DNA from: an uncultured Nitrospiraceae bacterium
Lineage (GTDB): Bacteria; Nitrospirota; Nitrospiria; Nitrospirales; Nitrospiraceae
Direction of reading: 5' to 3'
DNA: 64,000 bases
Assembly (NCBI GenBank): GCA_963730935.1
Contig: CAVSTP010000004.1
Span: 1,312,001-1,376,000 of the forward strand
A program made the translations under genes and the position numbers. Under the pieces are notes generated by a model. The model was not told the DNA's origin, did not search any database, and was given only the letters and a program-made list of their open reading frames with translations. Below are positions 19,851 through 29,814 of the stretch, piece after piece; position 1 is the first letter of the stretch, and each line of letters begins with the position of its first letter.

Positions 19851-21029
19851 CTAGCGTCTCGCCAGCCACTGGAGAGGATCAACCGGTTCGGTCCCTTCGC
19901 GCAATTCAAAGTATAAAGTATTTTCCCCCGTCATGCCCGTGTCACCCGTTTCACCGATCGCCTGCCCAGATGCGACGACCGCCCCCACCGACGTGAGGAT
20001 TTTTGAGGCATGGGCATAGAGCGAAAAGAAGCCGTTGGCATGATCGAGGATTATAACGAGTCCGTAGCCTTTCAACCAGTCCGCATAGACGACCGTCCCA
20101 GTCATGACCGCATGGATGGCGCTTCCTTCCAATGTCCGGATCTCGATCCCCTTCCGTTGAACGTAGGTGTTGAAGGTCGGATGCTTTTGCCGGCCGAAGT
20201 AGGTCAGTACGCTGCCCTCCGCCGGCCATGGGAGGCCGCCCTTAACCCCCTTCGGCAAGGAACCGGACGGCGGCTTGGCCGCTGCCGCGCGACGGCGATG
20301 CTCCAACTCCCGCAGCAAACTGTCGATGCGTACGGCCGATCGCTCTAATTCCTGCAGTGCTCGCTCGTACGATTCCTTCTCCTGCGTCAGTTTGGCCAAA
20401 TACATCTTCTTCTCTTTCTTGACCGCCTTGATCTCATCGAGATGCTTTTCGGTGGTGCGTTTGTACGCCAGCATTCCCACCCGCGCGGTTTCCCGCTGCC
20501 GCTCCGCGTCCTGCATATTAGCCATGTCGGTTTTGAAGGTCTCGATGAGGCCGTAGTCACGCGCGGAGACAGCCGATAGATAGCGGAGACGGCGCTGGAA
20601 ATCTCCATAAGAATCCGACGCGAGTAGCGGTTTCCAATGCCCGAATCGCCCTTCTATATACTGAACACGCAGCCGCGCGAGAATCGCCTCCTGGCGGACC
20701 TGCACGCCATCCCTCAACCGCGTGATCTGCGCATTAATCGCCTCGATTTCCTGATCTTTCTTGCGCAGTTTGCGGCTGATCTCCTGATGGGACTGCCGGT
20801 AGCGCACATGCCGTTCGTCCAGTGTTTGTATGCCCTGCAGGATGGACTCGCGCTTTTTCCCCGCTTCGTCCGCCTGCCGCCGCTTTTCTTCGATCTGGTC
20901 TTTGAGCTGTTCCAGCGTCCTGCGTTCCTTGTCGATTTTCTCATTGATGGAATCGGCGGAAACACCGGCCGGTGCGCACAACGCGATCACCAGCACCGTT
21001 CCAATCGAGTAGGGCCGGCACCGTCTCAT
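19851..21029 (-). CDS. envC: Murein hydrolase activator EnvC
   Basis: Signal peptide, long coiled coil, degenerate M23 domain (LPWPAEG...LYFELR); follows ftsEX. Confidence 0.85.
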   Translation of the reverse strand: MRRCRPYSIGTVLVIALCAPAGVSADSINEKIDKERRTLEQLKDQIEEKRRQADEAGKKRESILQGIQTLDERHVRYRQSHQEISRKLRKKDQEIEAINAQITRLRDGVQVRQEAILARLRVQYIEGRFGHWKPLLASDSYGDFQRRLRYLSAVSARDYGLIETFKTDMANMQDAERQRETARVGMLAYKRTTEKHLDEIKAVKKEKKMYLAKLTQEKESYERALQELERSAVRIDSLLRELEHRRRAAAAKPPSGSLPKGVKGGLPWPAEGSVLTYFGRQKHPTFNTYVQRKGIEIRTLEGSAIHAVMTGTVVYADWLKGYGLVIILDHANGFFSLYAHASKILTSVGAVVASGQAIGETGDTGMTGENTLYFELREGTEPVDPLQWLARR

Positions 21030-21925
21030 ACTTTGGCCTCATCGAACCGCCGCAAGGAAACGAAGCTGCCGGCGCAGCCGAGGACGATACCGACGCCTAC
21101 GAGCAACAGGCAGATGGAAAGCGGGAAAAACATGGTGAGCTGTTCGAGGCCGCGCAACCGTCCCGTCGTCCGCATTTGATGCCGAAACAGTTCATACAGC
21201 GCGTTCAACATGAACAACGAGCAGGCGCTCCCCAGGCCTCCGAGCACCGCTCCTTCCAATAAATAGGGAACGCGAATAAAGGTCTTCGTGGCGCCGATCA
21301 ACCGCAGAATGGCGATTTCGTCCCGGCGAGCAAACAACGTCAGCCTGATCGTATTGGCGATGATCGTCACGGCGGCTGCCGAGAGAATAAGGCCGATCCC
21401 AATGGCAACCAGCTCAATGGACCGGATGATCGTGGACAGAGCATCGATCCAGTCCTGATTATAATCCACCTTCTCGACCCCCGCGAGTACACCGATGCGT
21501 TCGGCCCAGCGTTTGACGGCTTCCGGTGACCGGTAGGGCGGACTCAATGTCACGACGAAGGAGGCCGGCAGTGGATTCTGACCAATCCCTTCCAGAAGGT
21601 GCGAATCCGAGGGGAACTGAGCCCTGAATTCTCCGAGCGCTTGCTCCTTAGAAATAAAATGCAACGCGGCGACGGCACGATCGGCACGCAGCTGAAGTTC
21701 GAGCTCGGAAACCGTGGAAGCAACGGCCCGATCATCCAGATAGACCATGATCTTGATGTCTTCCTGGAGCCAGCCCGCGGCGGCACGCAGGTTCACGTAC
21801 AACAGTAAGAAGATGCCGACACAGGCGAGGGTAAACGCCGTCGTAAAGATCGCCACCACGGTGGTCGTGCGATTGATCCAGATATTGGCCCAGGCCTCGC
21901 GGAGGAGATAGAACAGCGTCCTCAT
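21026..21925 (-). CDS. ftsX: Cell division permease FtsX
   Basis: ISKEQAL, NPLPASF, NTIRL...RRDEIAILRLIGAT. Confidence 0.93.
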   Translation of the reverse strand: MRTLFYLLREAWANIWINRTTTVVAIFTTAFTLACVGIFLLLYVNLRAAAGWLQEDIKIMVYLDDRAVASTVSELELQLRADRAVAALHFISKEQALGEFRAQFPSDSHLLEGIGQNPLPASFVVTLSPPYRSPEAVKRWAERIGVLAGVEKVDYNQDWIDALSTIIRSIELVAIGIGLILSAAAVTIIANTIRLTLFARRDEIAILRLIGATKTFIRVPYLLEGAVLGGLGSACSLFMLNALYELFRHQMRTTGRLRGLEQLTMFFPLSICLLLVGVGIVLGCAGSFVSLRRFDEAKV

Positions 21926-22593
21926 AATAGAGTGATCCGTGGTTCCGGCATGAGCGATCCCTGCACGAGAGTGACAACGCGGCGATTCACCTGCGCCATC
22001 ACCGAGGGGTCATGCGTGGCAACCATCACCGTCGTACCGCGGGCGTTGATCAGCTTGAACAGCTCGATGATCTCTCCGGTCAGGGCCGGATCCAGATTCC
22101 CCGTCGGTTCGTCCGCCAATAGCACGACAGGTCCGTTGACGATGGCCCGCGCAATACAGACCCGCTGCTGCTCGCCGGTAGACAGACTCATCGGCAATTG
22201 GTCCCGCTTGTGTTCTACGCCGACCGCCCGTAACGCTTCCGTCACTTTTCGCTTGATGTCCGCCTGGGACACGCCTTGGACGAGCAACGGCAGGGCCACA
22301 TTGTCAAATACGGATTTCTTGACGAGCAGCTGGAAATCCTGAAAAACCGTCCCGACCTTCCGCCGGAGATAGGGAATTTCAGAGGGCTTCAGGGTGCCGA
22401 CATTTTTGCCATTCACGACGACCTGCCCGTAGTCAGGCCGTTCGGCACCGATCAACATTCGCAGGAGCGTCGATTTGCCGGCACCGCTTGGCCCCATCAA
22501 TAAGACGAATTCGCCCTTCTGAACCTCCAGGCTGACGTCTGACAGCGCCGAACGTCGGTCGTATTGCTTGGTGACATGAACGAGCTGAATCAT
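21922..22593 (-). CDS. ftsE: Cell division ATP-binding protein FtsE
   Basis: GPSGAGKST, VFQDF, LLADEPTGNLD; ATGA overlap with ftsX. Confidence 0.93.
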   Translation of the reverse strand: MIQLVHVTKQYDRRSALSDVSLEVQKGEFVLLMGPSGAGKSTLLRMLIGAERPDYGQVVVNGKNVGTLKPSEIPYLRRKVGTVFQDFQLLVKKSVFDNVALPLLVQGVSQADIKRKVTEALRAVGVEHKRDQLPMSLSTGEQQRVCIARAIVNGPVVLLADEPTGNLDPALTGEIIELFKLINARGTTVMVATHDPSVMAQVNRRVVTLVQGSLMPEPRITLL

Positions 22594-22599
22594 GGTCTA

Positions 22600-23001
22600 T
22601 CAGTGCAAGTCGTCGCGGGAGGCCTCGAAAGCATTCTGGATGTGCTCGACCCGGAGCGCCGCTGTCGACGTGGGCTCGAGCAGGACGACGTCGAACCGGC
22701 AGGACCGGTCCATCCAATGTCGCTGAGCGAGAAATTGGGCAGCCAGTCTGATGAGTTTTTGCTGTTTCTTCCGATGCACCGCATGCATCGCACCTCCGAA
22801 CCGTGCGGTCCGTCGCGCCTTGACCTCAATGAAAACCAGCACGCGGCCGTCCTCCGCCACGAGATCCAACTCGCCGAGCGACGAACGGAGGTTTTTGGCG
22901 ACGATCCGGTAGCCCTTCCGGCGCAAATAACGCTCGGCCTCCGCCTCTCCTTCTTGCCCAAAGAGACGCCTGGGGTCAAGAATTGTCACACTCTTGTCCA
23001 T
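22600..23001 (-). CDS. yraN: YraN/UPF0102 family endonuclease-like protein
   Basis: GEAEAERYL..KGY, GELDLVA, VFIEVKAR, RFDVV. Confidence 0.9.
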   Translation of the reverse strand: MDKSVTILDPRRLFGQEGEAEAERYLRRKGYRIVAKNLRSSLGELDLVAEDGRVLVFIEVKARRTARFGGAMHAVHRKKQQKLIRLAAQFLAQRHWMDRSCRFDVVLLEPTSTAALRVEHIQNAFEASRDDLH

Positions 23002-23677
23002 TGCATGCCCGCCGCGCGGCGCCTGCCTGTCGCGGTCGACGTGCTTGTGCAATCACTTCAGCCACGGGCGCGTAGGTCCGGCGATGGATGAGACACGGGC
23101 CATGCATCGCCAGTTGCTGGAGGTGCTCTTCGGTGCCATACCCTTTATGGGACAGAAAGTTGTAGTGGGGATACTGCCGATGAAACTCGGCCATCAGGCG
23201 ATCCCTCGTCACTTTGGCCACGATCGAGGCCGCTGCGACGGACAGGCAGAGCGCATCACCCTTGATGATGGAGCGGAGCGGGATGGGGCAATCGGGCAGA
23301 GCAACCGCGTCAATGAGCAGGCAATCCGGCTGAGGTCTGAGACCGGCCAGCGCACGACGCATAGCCAGGCGGGTCGCTTCAAGAATGTTGAGCTGGTCGA
23401 CTTCTTCGTGGCTCGCCGAACCAATCCCGATGCCGATCGCGCGTTCGGTGATCGCGACGTAGAGCTGTTCCCGCTCGGATTCAGTCAGGAGCTTGGAATC
23501 GTCGCATCCGATCAGCCGGCACCGTCTTGGCAGGACGACGGCCGACGCGACCACCGGACCGGCCAGTGGACCTCGACCCGCTTCATCCAAGCCGGCGATC
23601 CAATGATACCCGCGCCGGCGGGCTTCCAGTTCAAATTCGTCTGTGGGACCCACGAAGTGGACTTTACGTGCGGTCAC
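22976..23677 (-). CDS. rnhB: Ribonuclease HII
   Basis: GLDEAGRGPLAGPV, DDSKLL, AAASIVAKVTRD, HKGYGT. Confidence 0.96.
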   Translation of the reverse strand: MTARKVHFVGPTDEFELEARRRGYHWIAGLDEAGRGPLAGPVVASAVVLPRRCRLIGCDDSKLLTESEREQLYVAITERAIGIGIGSASHEEVDQLNILEATRLAMRRALAGLRPQPDCLLIDAVALPDCPIPLRSIIKGDALCLSVAAASIVAKVTRDRLMAEFHRQYPHYNFLSHKGYGTEEHLQQLAMHGPCLIHRRTYAPVAEVIAQARRPRQAGAARRACNGQECDNS

Positions 23678-23713
23678 CCGCTCCCTCGTGGCCGGTAGTA
23701 TGCGCGATAGTCG

Positions 23714-24142
23714 CTAGGATTTTGCCGCGCCTGCCTCGACCGGCTCTTCGGCCGCTTCGGCTGCACGCGAGGCACCACCCTGTACCTTGCTCTCTCCCAC
23801 GAACTCACGGTCTTCGACCCGCGAGAACTTCCCTTTCTTCTCGCGCAGGTAATAGAGCTTGGCGCGCCGCACTTTTCCTTGGCGCACCACGTCGATCTTC
23901 GTCACGATCGGTGAATGGACGGGGAAAATGCGCTCGACGCCGACACCGTAGGAGACTTTGCGCACGGTAAACATCTCAGTATTGAGGCTGCCCTTCCGGG
24001 CAATGACCGCGCCTTCATAGACTTGGATGCGCTCCTTTTCCCCTTCAACGACCTTGACGTGAACCCGCACGGTGTCCCCGATTTCAAAGCGCGGGACGGA
24101 TTTTTTCTGCAACGACCGCTGGACCCGCTCTAGCTGATTCAT
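23714..24142 (-). CDS. rplS: 50S ribosomal protein L19
   Basis: [47 protein letters not shown] before the ATG at 24142. Confidence 0.97.
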   Translation of the reverse strand: MNQLERVQRSLQKKSVPRFEIGDTVRVHVKVVEGEKERIQVYEGAVIARKGSLNTEMFTVRKVSYGVGVERIFPVHSPIVTKIDVVRQGKVRRAKLYYLREKKGKFSRVEDREFVGESKVQGGASRAAEAAEEPVEAGAAKS

Positions 24143-24146
24143 GACT

Positions 24147-24932
24147 TCACCCCTCCTCCCCGCATGGCACCGGCGCACCGGGCACGCCTTCACGAATTAT
24201 GTCATCCAACAATTGTCGATCTTCCACCGTCAACTCCCGATCTTTCAGCAGATCGGGTCGCTTTTCATACGTCGCCCGCAGCGCTTCCTTTCTGCGCCAC
24301 CGACGGATCGCTTCGTGGTGTCCTGAGAGCAACACCTCAGGAACCGTCACCCCCCGAACCTCAGCCGGCCGCGTATAGTGGGGGTACTCCAACAAGGGCT
24401 CGGCGAACGATTCTTCGATGATCGAAGACGGATCGCCGAGTACACCGGGGACCAGCCGGGACGCCGCATCAATCAAGATCAGTGCCGGCAGTTCGCCGCC
24501 CGTCAGCACATAGTCACCGACCGAGATTTCCTCAGGCCTGAGCGACAGCCGCACACGCTCGTCGATGCCTTCATAATGCCCGCACAGAATGACAAGCCGG
24601 CGCGAATCTTCCGCCAACTCATGCGCGTAGGCCTGCGTGAACGGACGGCCCTGCGGCGAAGGAAACAGTATCCGAAGGCCTTCCCCGCGCTGTTCATAGG
24701 GTCGACGGATTTCTTCCACCGCGCGCAGAATCGGCTCGGCCTTCATGACCATGCCGGCTCCGCCTCCATACGGGACGTCATCCGCAACCTTGTGCTTGTC
24801 CATCGTATAGTCGCGCAGGTTGTGCACGTTGACTTCCAGCAAGCCCTTTTCCTGCGCACGCTTGAGCATGCTGCTATCCAAGACGGGCGTCACCATCTCC
24901 GGAAAGAGCGTGATCACATCACAGCGCAGCAT
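24147..24932 (-). CDS. trmD: tRNA (guanine-N1)-methyltransferase
   Basis: [42 protein letters not shown]. Confidence 0.97.
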   Translation of the reverse strand: MLRCDVITLFPEMVTPVLDSSMLKRAQEKGLLEVNVHNLRDYTMDKHKVADDVPYGGGAGMVMKAEPILRAVEEIRRPYEQRGEGLRILFPSPQGRPFTQAYAHELAEDSRRLVILCGHYEGIDERVRLSLRPEEISVGDYVLTGGELPALILIDAASRLVPGVLGDPSSIIEESFAEPLLEYPHYTRPAEVRGVTVPEVLLSGHHEAIRRWRRKEALRATYEKRPDLLKDRELTVEDRQLLDDIIREGVPGAPVPCGEEG

Positions 24933-24933
24933 G

Positions 24934-25455
24934 TCAGGCCTCGACTAATCCTTCAATTGTGCGCACGATCATCCGCCCCTGAGCGACATCCACGGACCGG
25001 ACAAACTCCTTGACCGCCGGAATCAGCACTTCGCGGCCGCCCTGCTTCACCACAAAGACGGGATGGGCTGGCAGATCCCAAATCATGTCGATACACCCAA
25101 GTTCATGGCCCGTCTCGTCCGCCACGGCCATGCCGATGAGGTCGCATTCGTACCAGGCGTTGAGATTCTCCGCCGACGTGACTACGCGAGGCACCTGCAG
25201 AAAGGCTCCGCGCAACATCCCCGCTTCCTCGGGGGTGGTGACCCCCTCGAACTCAACGATGTACGAAGGCCCGGCACGGCGCACATGTCTGACCGTTCGA
25301 TCAACCGCCTGACCTCCCTCACCGGCAACGCGAACCGCTCCCAACTGCTCGAATCGCCCCGGTCGGTCGCTCAGCGATCGCACCTTGACCGCTCCGTGCA
25401 CACCGAACGGCCGGCCGATCTTGCCGATGATCACCATCTCGGGCGAGGTCGTCAT
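24934..25455 (-). CDS. rimM: Ribosome maturation factor RimM
   Basis: IGKIGRPFGVHG, DLIGMAV, EVLIPAV; lies between rpsP and trmD. Confidence 0.92.
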   Translation of the reverse strand: MTTSPEMVIIGKIGRPFGVHGAVKVRSLSDRPGRFEQLGAVRVAGEGGQAVDRTVRHVRRAGPSYIVEFEGVTTPEEAGMLRGAFLQVPRVVTSAENLNAWYECDLIGMAVADETGHELGCIDMIWDLPAHPVFVVKQGGREVLIPAVKEFVRSVDVAQGRMIVRTIEGLVEA

Positions 25456-25457
25456 GC

Positions 25458-25739
25458 TCAGGCCTTCTTTTTGGCGGCCTTTTCCGTCTCGAACTGCTTC
25501 CACACTCCCGAGCGTCGAAGCAGCGTCTTGACCGTCACCGTCGGCTGTGCACCTTGGTGCAGCCAGGTCAGCACTCGTTCCTGCTTGAGCTCAGGGAGTC
25601 CTGCTTCTTTCAACGGATCAAAAATCCCCAAAATTTCCAAAAAGCGCCCATCGCGCGGCATCCGCGAATCCGCCGCGACCACGCGATATATCGGCCGCTT
25701 ATGTCGTCCGGTCCTCGTCAATCTCAAATGAACGGCCAC
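25458..25739 (-). CDS. rpsP: 30S ribosomal protein S16
   Basis: LRLTRTG..KRPIYRVVAADSRMPRDGRFLE, GAQPT. Confidence 0.97.
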   Translation of the reverse strand: MAVHLRLTRTGRHKRPIYRVVAADSRMPRDGRFLEILGIFDPLKEAGLPELKQERVLTWLHQGAQPTVTVKTLLRRSGVWKQFETEKAAKKKA

Positions 25740-25846
25740 TGTCTTTCCTCCTTCATAATCCGCCTCCAGTGGTCTGCTGTCGGCAGTGTGAATTCACTGT
25801 TCGTTCGGCCTCGCTGAGAGGTACGCTGTCGGCGGGATGCCCGACC

Positions 25847-27193
25847 TCACATCGAACGGAGCAGCTGCGCCAGTTGGTGGCGTCCGGCCGTTCCGCTCAT
25901 GACCTTCGCAATTTTCCGAGCGGAGAGAAACTGCTTGATGAGCCGGTTGACCTCCATCACGTTCGTTCCGCTTCCGCGCGCGATGCGTTTTTTGCGGCTG
26001 CCGTTGATGACGGTGTGGTCGCGACGCTCCCGCATGGTCATCGAATCGATCATCGCCATGACCCGTTTAAGTTCGCGCTCGGGCACCTGCCCTTCCATAG
26101 CGCCTTTCAGCTTCTGGCCGCCAGGCAGCATGCCCAAGATCTGATCCAGCGACCCCAGCTTGTTGACTTGTCCGAGCTGAGCACGGAAATCTTCGAGCGT
26201 AAACGTGTTCGTGCTGAGGCGCTTCTGTGCCTCCTCCGCCTGCTCGCGTGTGAAGGTCTCCTGAGCCTTTTCGATGAGCGACAGCACATCTCCCATGCCG
26301 AGAATGCGTGAAGCCATCCGGTCGGGATGAAACAGCTCCAATGCGTCGAGTTTTTCTCCGACGCCGAGAAACTTGACGGGTTTTCCCGTGACAGCCCTGA
26401 TCGAGAGCAGCGCCCCGCCGCGTGCATCGCCCTCCACTTTCGTCAGGATGATGCCCGTGAGGCCGACACGCTGATCGAACTGACCGGCCATCGTGACCGC
26501 GTCCTGGCCGGTCATGGCGTCGGCAACGAGCAAGACCTCGTTCGGCATCACCGCCGACTTAACGGTGGCCAGTTCGTTCATGAGTTCGTCATCGACGTGC
26601 AGACGCCCGCCCGTATCGAGCACGACGAGATCAAAACCCTGCGACCGGCCGCGCTCAACCCCGTCCCGACAGACACGGACCACATCCTGCGCCGTCGTTC
26701 CCGGTTGATCTTGCCGGTGCACATCGATGTCTAAACTGCGTCCGATACTAGAAAGCTGGTCTGCGGCGGCGGCACGGCGGGGGTCGGCGGCGACGAGCAA
26801 TACGCGCTTACCTTGCTGTTTGAAGTACTTGGCGAGTTTCCCGCACGACGTCGTCTTTCCCGATCCTTGGAGCCCGACCATCATGACGACAGTGGGAGGC
26901 ATCGACGCCAGGGGGAGCCCTGCCCGCTCCTGGCCCATCATTGCGCGCAGCTCGTCCCAGACGACCTTGACAACCTGATGGCCAGGCGTCAGGCTCTGCA
27001 GAACCTCTTGCCCGATTGCCTTTTCACGGACCCGCTCCACGAAGTCTTTGACGAGCTTAAAGTTCACGTCGGCTTCTAAGAGCGCAAGACGAACTTCCTT
27101 CAACGCTTCCGCGATGTTCGCTTCGGTGAGGACACCGGTCCCCCGAAGTTTTTTCAGGATTTTTTCGAATTTCTCGCTGAGCTGATCCAGCAT
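25847..27193 (-). CDS. ffh: Signal recognition particle protein
   Basis: ALLEADV, GLQGSGKTT, DTGGRL, DARGGA, RILGMGD, RIARGSG. Confidence 0.97.
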   Translation of the reverse strand: MLDQLSEKFEKILKKLRGTGVLTEANIAEALKEVRLALLEADVNFKLVKDFVERVREKAIGQEVLQSLTPGHQVVKVVWDELRAMMGQERAGLPLASMPPTVVMMVGLQGSGKTTSCGKLAKYFKQQGKRVLLVAADPRRAAAADQLSSIGRSLDIDVHRQDQPGTTAQDVVRVCRDGVERGRSQGFDLVVLDTGGRLHVDDELMNELATVKSAVMPNEVLLVADAMTGQDAVTMAGQFDQRVGLTGIILTKVEGDARGGALLSIRAVTGKPVKFLGVGEKLDALELFHPDRMASRILGMGDVLSLIEKAQETFTREQAEEAQKRLSTNTFTLEDFRAQLGQVNKLGSLDQILGMLPGGQKLKGAMEGQVPERELKRVMAMIDSMTMRERRDHTVINGSRKKRIARGSGTNVMEVNRLIKQFLSARKIAKVMSGTAGRHQLAQLLRSM

Positions 27194-27201
27194 TCGGCAC
27201 C

Positions 27202-27247
27202 AAAGAAAAAGGCAATCGAAGCTTCATCAATAGATCTTCGATCGCCT
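27202..27247 (-). terminator. Intrinsic-terminator-like hairpin in the ffh 5' leader
   Basis: AGGCGATCGAAG-N14-CTTCGATTGCCT followed by TTTTCTTT on the minus strand, ending 8 nt before the ffh ATG. Confidence 0.55.
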
Positions 27248-27275
27248 CGAAAAATCTAGCAAAAGAGCACCGGGC

Positions 27276-27304
27276 AGTTTAATGGAGCCCCCCTAAGAAG
27301 TCAA
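27276..27304 (-). promoter_or_regulatory. ffh promoter
   Basis: TTGACT-N17-TAAACT. Confidence 0.65.
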
Positions 27305-27405
27305 GGCGCAGAGAGCGCCATTCTGGTTGACAGGTGGGACCCCTTTCGATATCGTCGTCCTCGAAGAATCAGTGAGCCCGATCAACAGTTTAAGAGGCCG
27401 TTGAC

Positions 27406-27666
27406 GTGAGAAAATCGCCCTGGTTGCTGCTAATATTCCTGCTGATCGGCGGGTTACTCGGCGGTATCCTGGGAGAGATCCTCCGGGTCATGGCCCCTCA
27501 GGGCACCATTCAAAATGTGTTTGCCACAAACTTTACACCCGGCATCAGCCCTCCTCTGACGATCGACCTCATACTTCTCAAGCTCACGCTGGGATTCAGC
27601 TTCAAGATCAGCTTGTTGAGCATCCTCGGCATGCTCTTGGGCATCTACCTCTACAAGAACGTCTAA
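27406..27666 (+). CDS. DUF4321-like small membrane protein
   Basis: Hydrophobic 86 aa ORF (GGLLGGILGE...LTIDL..LKLTLGF); AAGAGG SD; TTGACA-N17-TATCGT upstream. Confidence 0.7.
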   Translation: MRKSPWLLLIFLLIGGLLGGILGEILRVMAPQGTIQNVFATNFTPGISPPLTIDLILLKLTLGFSFKISLLSILGMLLGIYLYKNV

Positions 27667-27697
27667 CTGCGATAGCCGCTATCGAAAAGGGATTCCC

Positions 27698-29704
27698 CTA
27701 GCCGCCGGATTTCAGTTCAAGCTCGCGCAGCCTCAATGTGCGGATCCGGTTGCGGATCACCGCCGCCCGCTCGAACTCCAGTTCTTTCGCCGCGGCTTTC
27801 ATCTCCAATTCGAGCCGCTGGATCTGTTGTTCCAAGGCCTCATCGGCTTCCGGATACTCGGCGGAGGACTCCGCGGCGAGCGTCAACTGTTCGGGCTCTG
27901 CATAAGCCTCAGCATAGTCGAGCTTTAACACGGCTTTGTGAATGCTCACGGGCACGATGCCGTGCGCCTCGTTGAAGGCCGCCTGTATCCCCCGTCGGCG
28001 CGCCGTCTCGTTGATAGCCTGTTGCATGGAGTCGGTGACCGCGTCTCCATAGAACAGCACGCGACCACGGACGTTCCTGGCGGCGCGTCCAGCCGTTTGA
28101 ATCAGCGAGCGATGCGAGCGCAGGTAGCCTTCCTTGTCTGCATCCAGAATGGCGACCAGAGTGACTTCCGGTAAATCGAGGCCCTCGCGTAGAAGATTGA
28201 TGCCGATCAAGACGTCGAATCGGCCGAGCCGAAGATCGCGGATGATTTCCGCCCGTTCCAGCGTCTTAATGTCGGCGTGGAGATAGCGTACCTTCACGCC
28301 CAACTCATGATAGTACTCGCTCAAATCCTCGGCCATGCGTTTGGTGAGCGTCGTCACCAACACACGCCCGCCCTGAGCGATTTCTTCCCGGACCTCCCCG
28401 AGCAGATGATCGACCTGTCCTTTGGCAGGCCTCACTTCGATGATCGGATCCAGCAAACCGGTCGGACGAATGATCTGTTCCACCACGACTCCACCGGTAT
28501 GCTCCAATTCATAGGGACCCGGTGTGGCGGAGACATAGACCACTTGGTTCAAGCAGCGCTCAAACTCGTGAAACTTGAGGGGGCGGTTATCGACCGCAGA
28601 GGGAAGGCGGAACCCGTAATCCACCAATGTCCGTTTGCGGGAGTAGTCGCCTTCGTACATTCCGCCCACCTGCGGAATCGTCGCATGCGATTCATCGACG
28701 ATGAGGAGGTAGTCCTTAGGAAAGTAATCGATGAGCGTCGGCGGGGGTTCGCCCAGCGCGCGTCCACTGAGGTGGCGTGAGTAGTTTTCGATGCCGTGGC
28801 AGTACCCCATCGCACGGATCATCTCCAAATCGAACTTCGTCCGCTGGGCGAGACGTTGGGCCTCCAGCAGCTGATTGTGCTTCTTAAAATATGCGATGCG
28901 CTCGTCCAATTCCTCCTCGATACCGGTGATTGCCCGTTCATAGCGGTCGGGGGCGATCAGATAGTGAGTGTTCGGGTAGACGGCGATTTTCGGGAGTTTT
29001 CGGATCGGTTTTCCCGTCAAGGGATCGATTTCATGGATGGCGTCGACCATGTCGCCGAACAGCTCGATGCGGACGGAGAGGGCCTCGTTCGAGGCGGGAA
29101 AAATTTCGATGACATCGCCGCGGGCACGGAACGTTCCGCGATGGAAATCGACATCATTGCGCGCGTACTGGATGTCGACGAGTTTGGCGAGAATCTGCTC
29201 GCGCCGGATTTCCATCCCCTCTTCGAGATACACCACCATGCCGTGATACACCTCGGGAGAGCCGAGGCCATAGATGCAGGACACCGAGGAGACGATCAGA
29301 ACGTCATTGCGCTGGAGCAACGACGTCGTCGCCGCATGGCGCATCTGATCGATCGCGTCGTTGATCGACGAATCTTTCGCAATATAAGTGTCGGTCTGGG
29401 GGATGTAGGCTTCCGGCTGGTAGTAGTCGTAATAGCTGATGAAATATTCCACTGCATTATGCGGGAAGAACTGCTTGAACTCCTGGTAGAGCTGACCGGC
29501 GAGGGTCTTGTTGTGCACCAAGACCAGCGTGGGCTTTTGCACCCGCGCGATCACGTTGGCCATCGTAAAGGTCTTGCCGGACCCCGTCGCGCCGAGAAGG
29601 GCCTGATGTTTGCGACCTTCTTCGAGGCCGGCGGTCAAGGCATCAATAGCCGGTCCTTGGTCCCCGGTGGGCTTGTATGGAGCTTCGAGTTGAAACGGTG
29701 GCAT
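27698..29704 (-). CDS. uvrB: Excinuclease ABC subunit B
   Basis: [41 protein letters not shown]-terminal UVR motif. Confidence 0.98.
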   Translation of the reverse strand: MPPFQLEAPYKPTGDQGPAIDALTAGLEEGRKHQALLGATGSGKTFTMANVIARVQKPTLVLVHNKTLAGQLYQEFKQFFPHNAVEYFISYYDYYQPEAYIPQTDTYIAKDSSINDAIDQMRHAATTSLLQRNDVLIVSSVSCIYGLGSPEVYHGMVVYLEEGMEIRREQILAKLVDIQYARNDVDFHRGTFRARGDVIEIFPASNEALSVRIELFGDMVDAIHEIDPLTGKPIRKLPKIAVYPNTHYLIAPDRYERAITGIEEELDERIAYFKKHNQLLEAQRLAQRTKFDLEMIRAMGYCHGIENYSRHLSGRALGEPPPTLIDYFPKDYLLIVDESHATIPQVGGMYEGDYSRKRTLVDYGFRLPSAVDNRPLKFHEFERCLNQVVYVSATPGPYELEHTGGVVVEQIIRPTGLLDPIIEVRPAKGQVDHLLGEVREEIAQGGRVLVTTLTKRMAEDLSEYYHELGVKVRYLHADIKTLERAEIIRDLRLGRFDVLIGINLLREGLDLPEVTLVAILDADKEGYLRSHRSLIQTAGRAARNVRGRVLFYGDAVTDSMQQAINETARRRGIQAAFNEAHGIVPVSIHKAVLKLDYAEAYAEPEQLTLAAESSAEYPEADEALEQQIQRLELEMKAAAKELEFERAAVIRNRIRTLRLRELELKSGG

Positions 29705-29814
29705 GAGGCATCCTACAGGCTGTTACTGTACCATGAGGGGAACGAATCTTGGAGAGTGCATCACGATCGACGGCTGGTCGATCGTGATGCCGGATGACAG
29801 GTGGTCTGAAGGCT

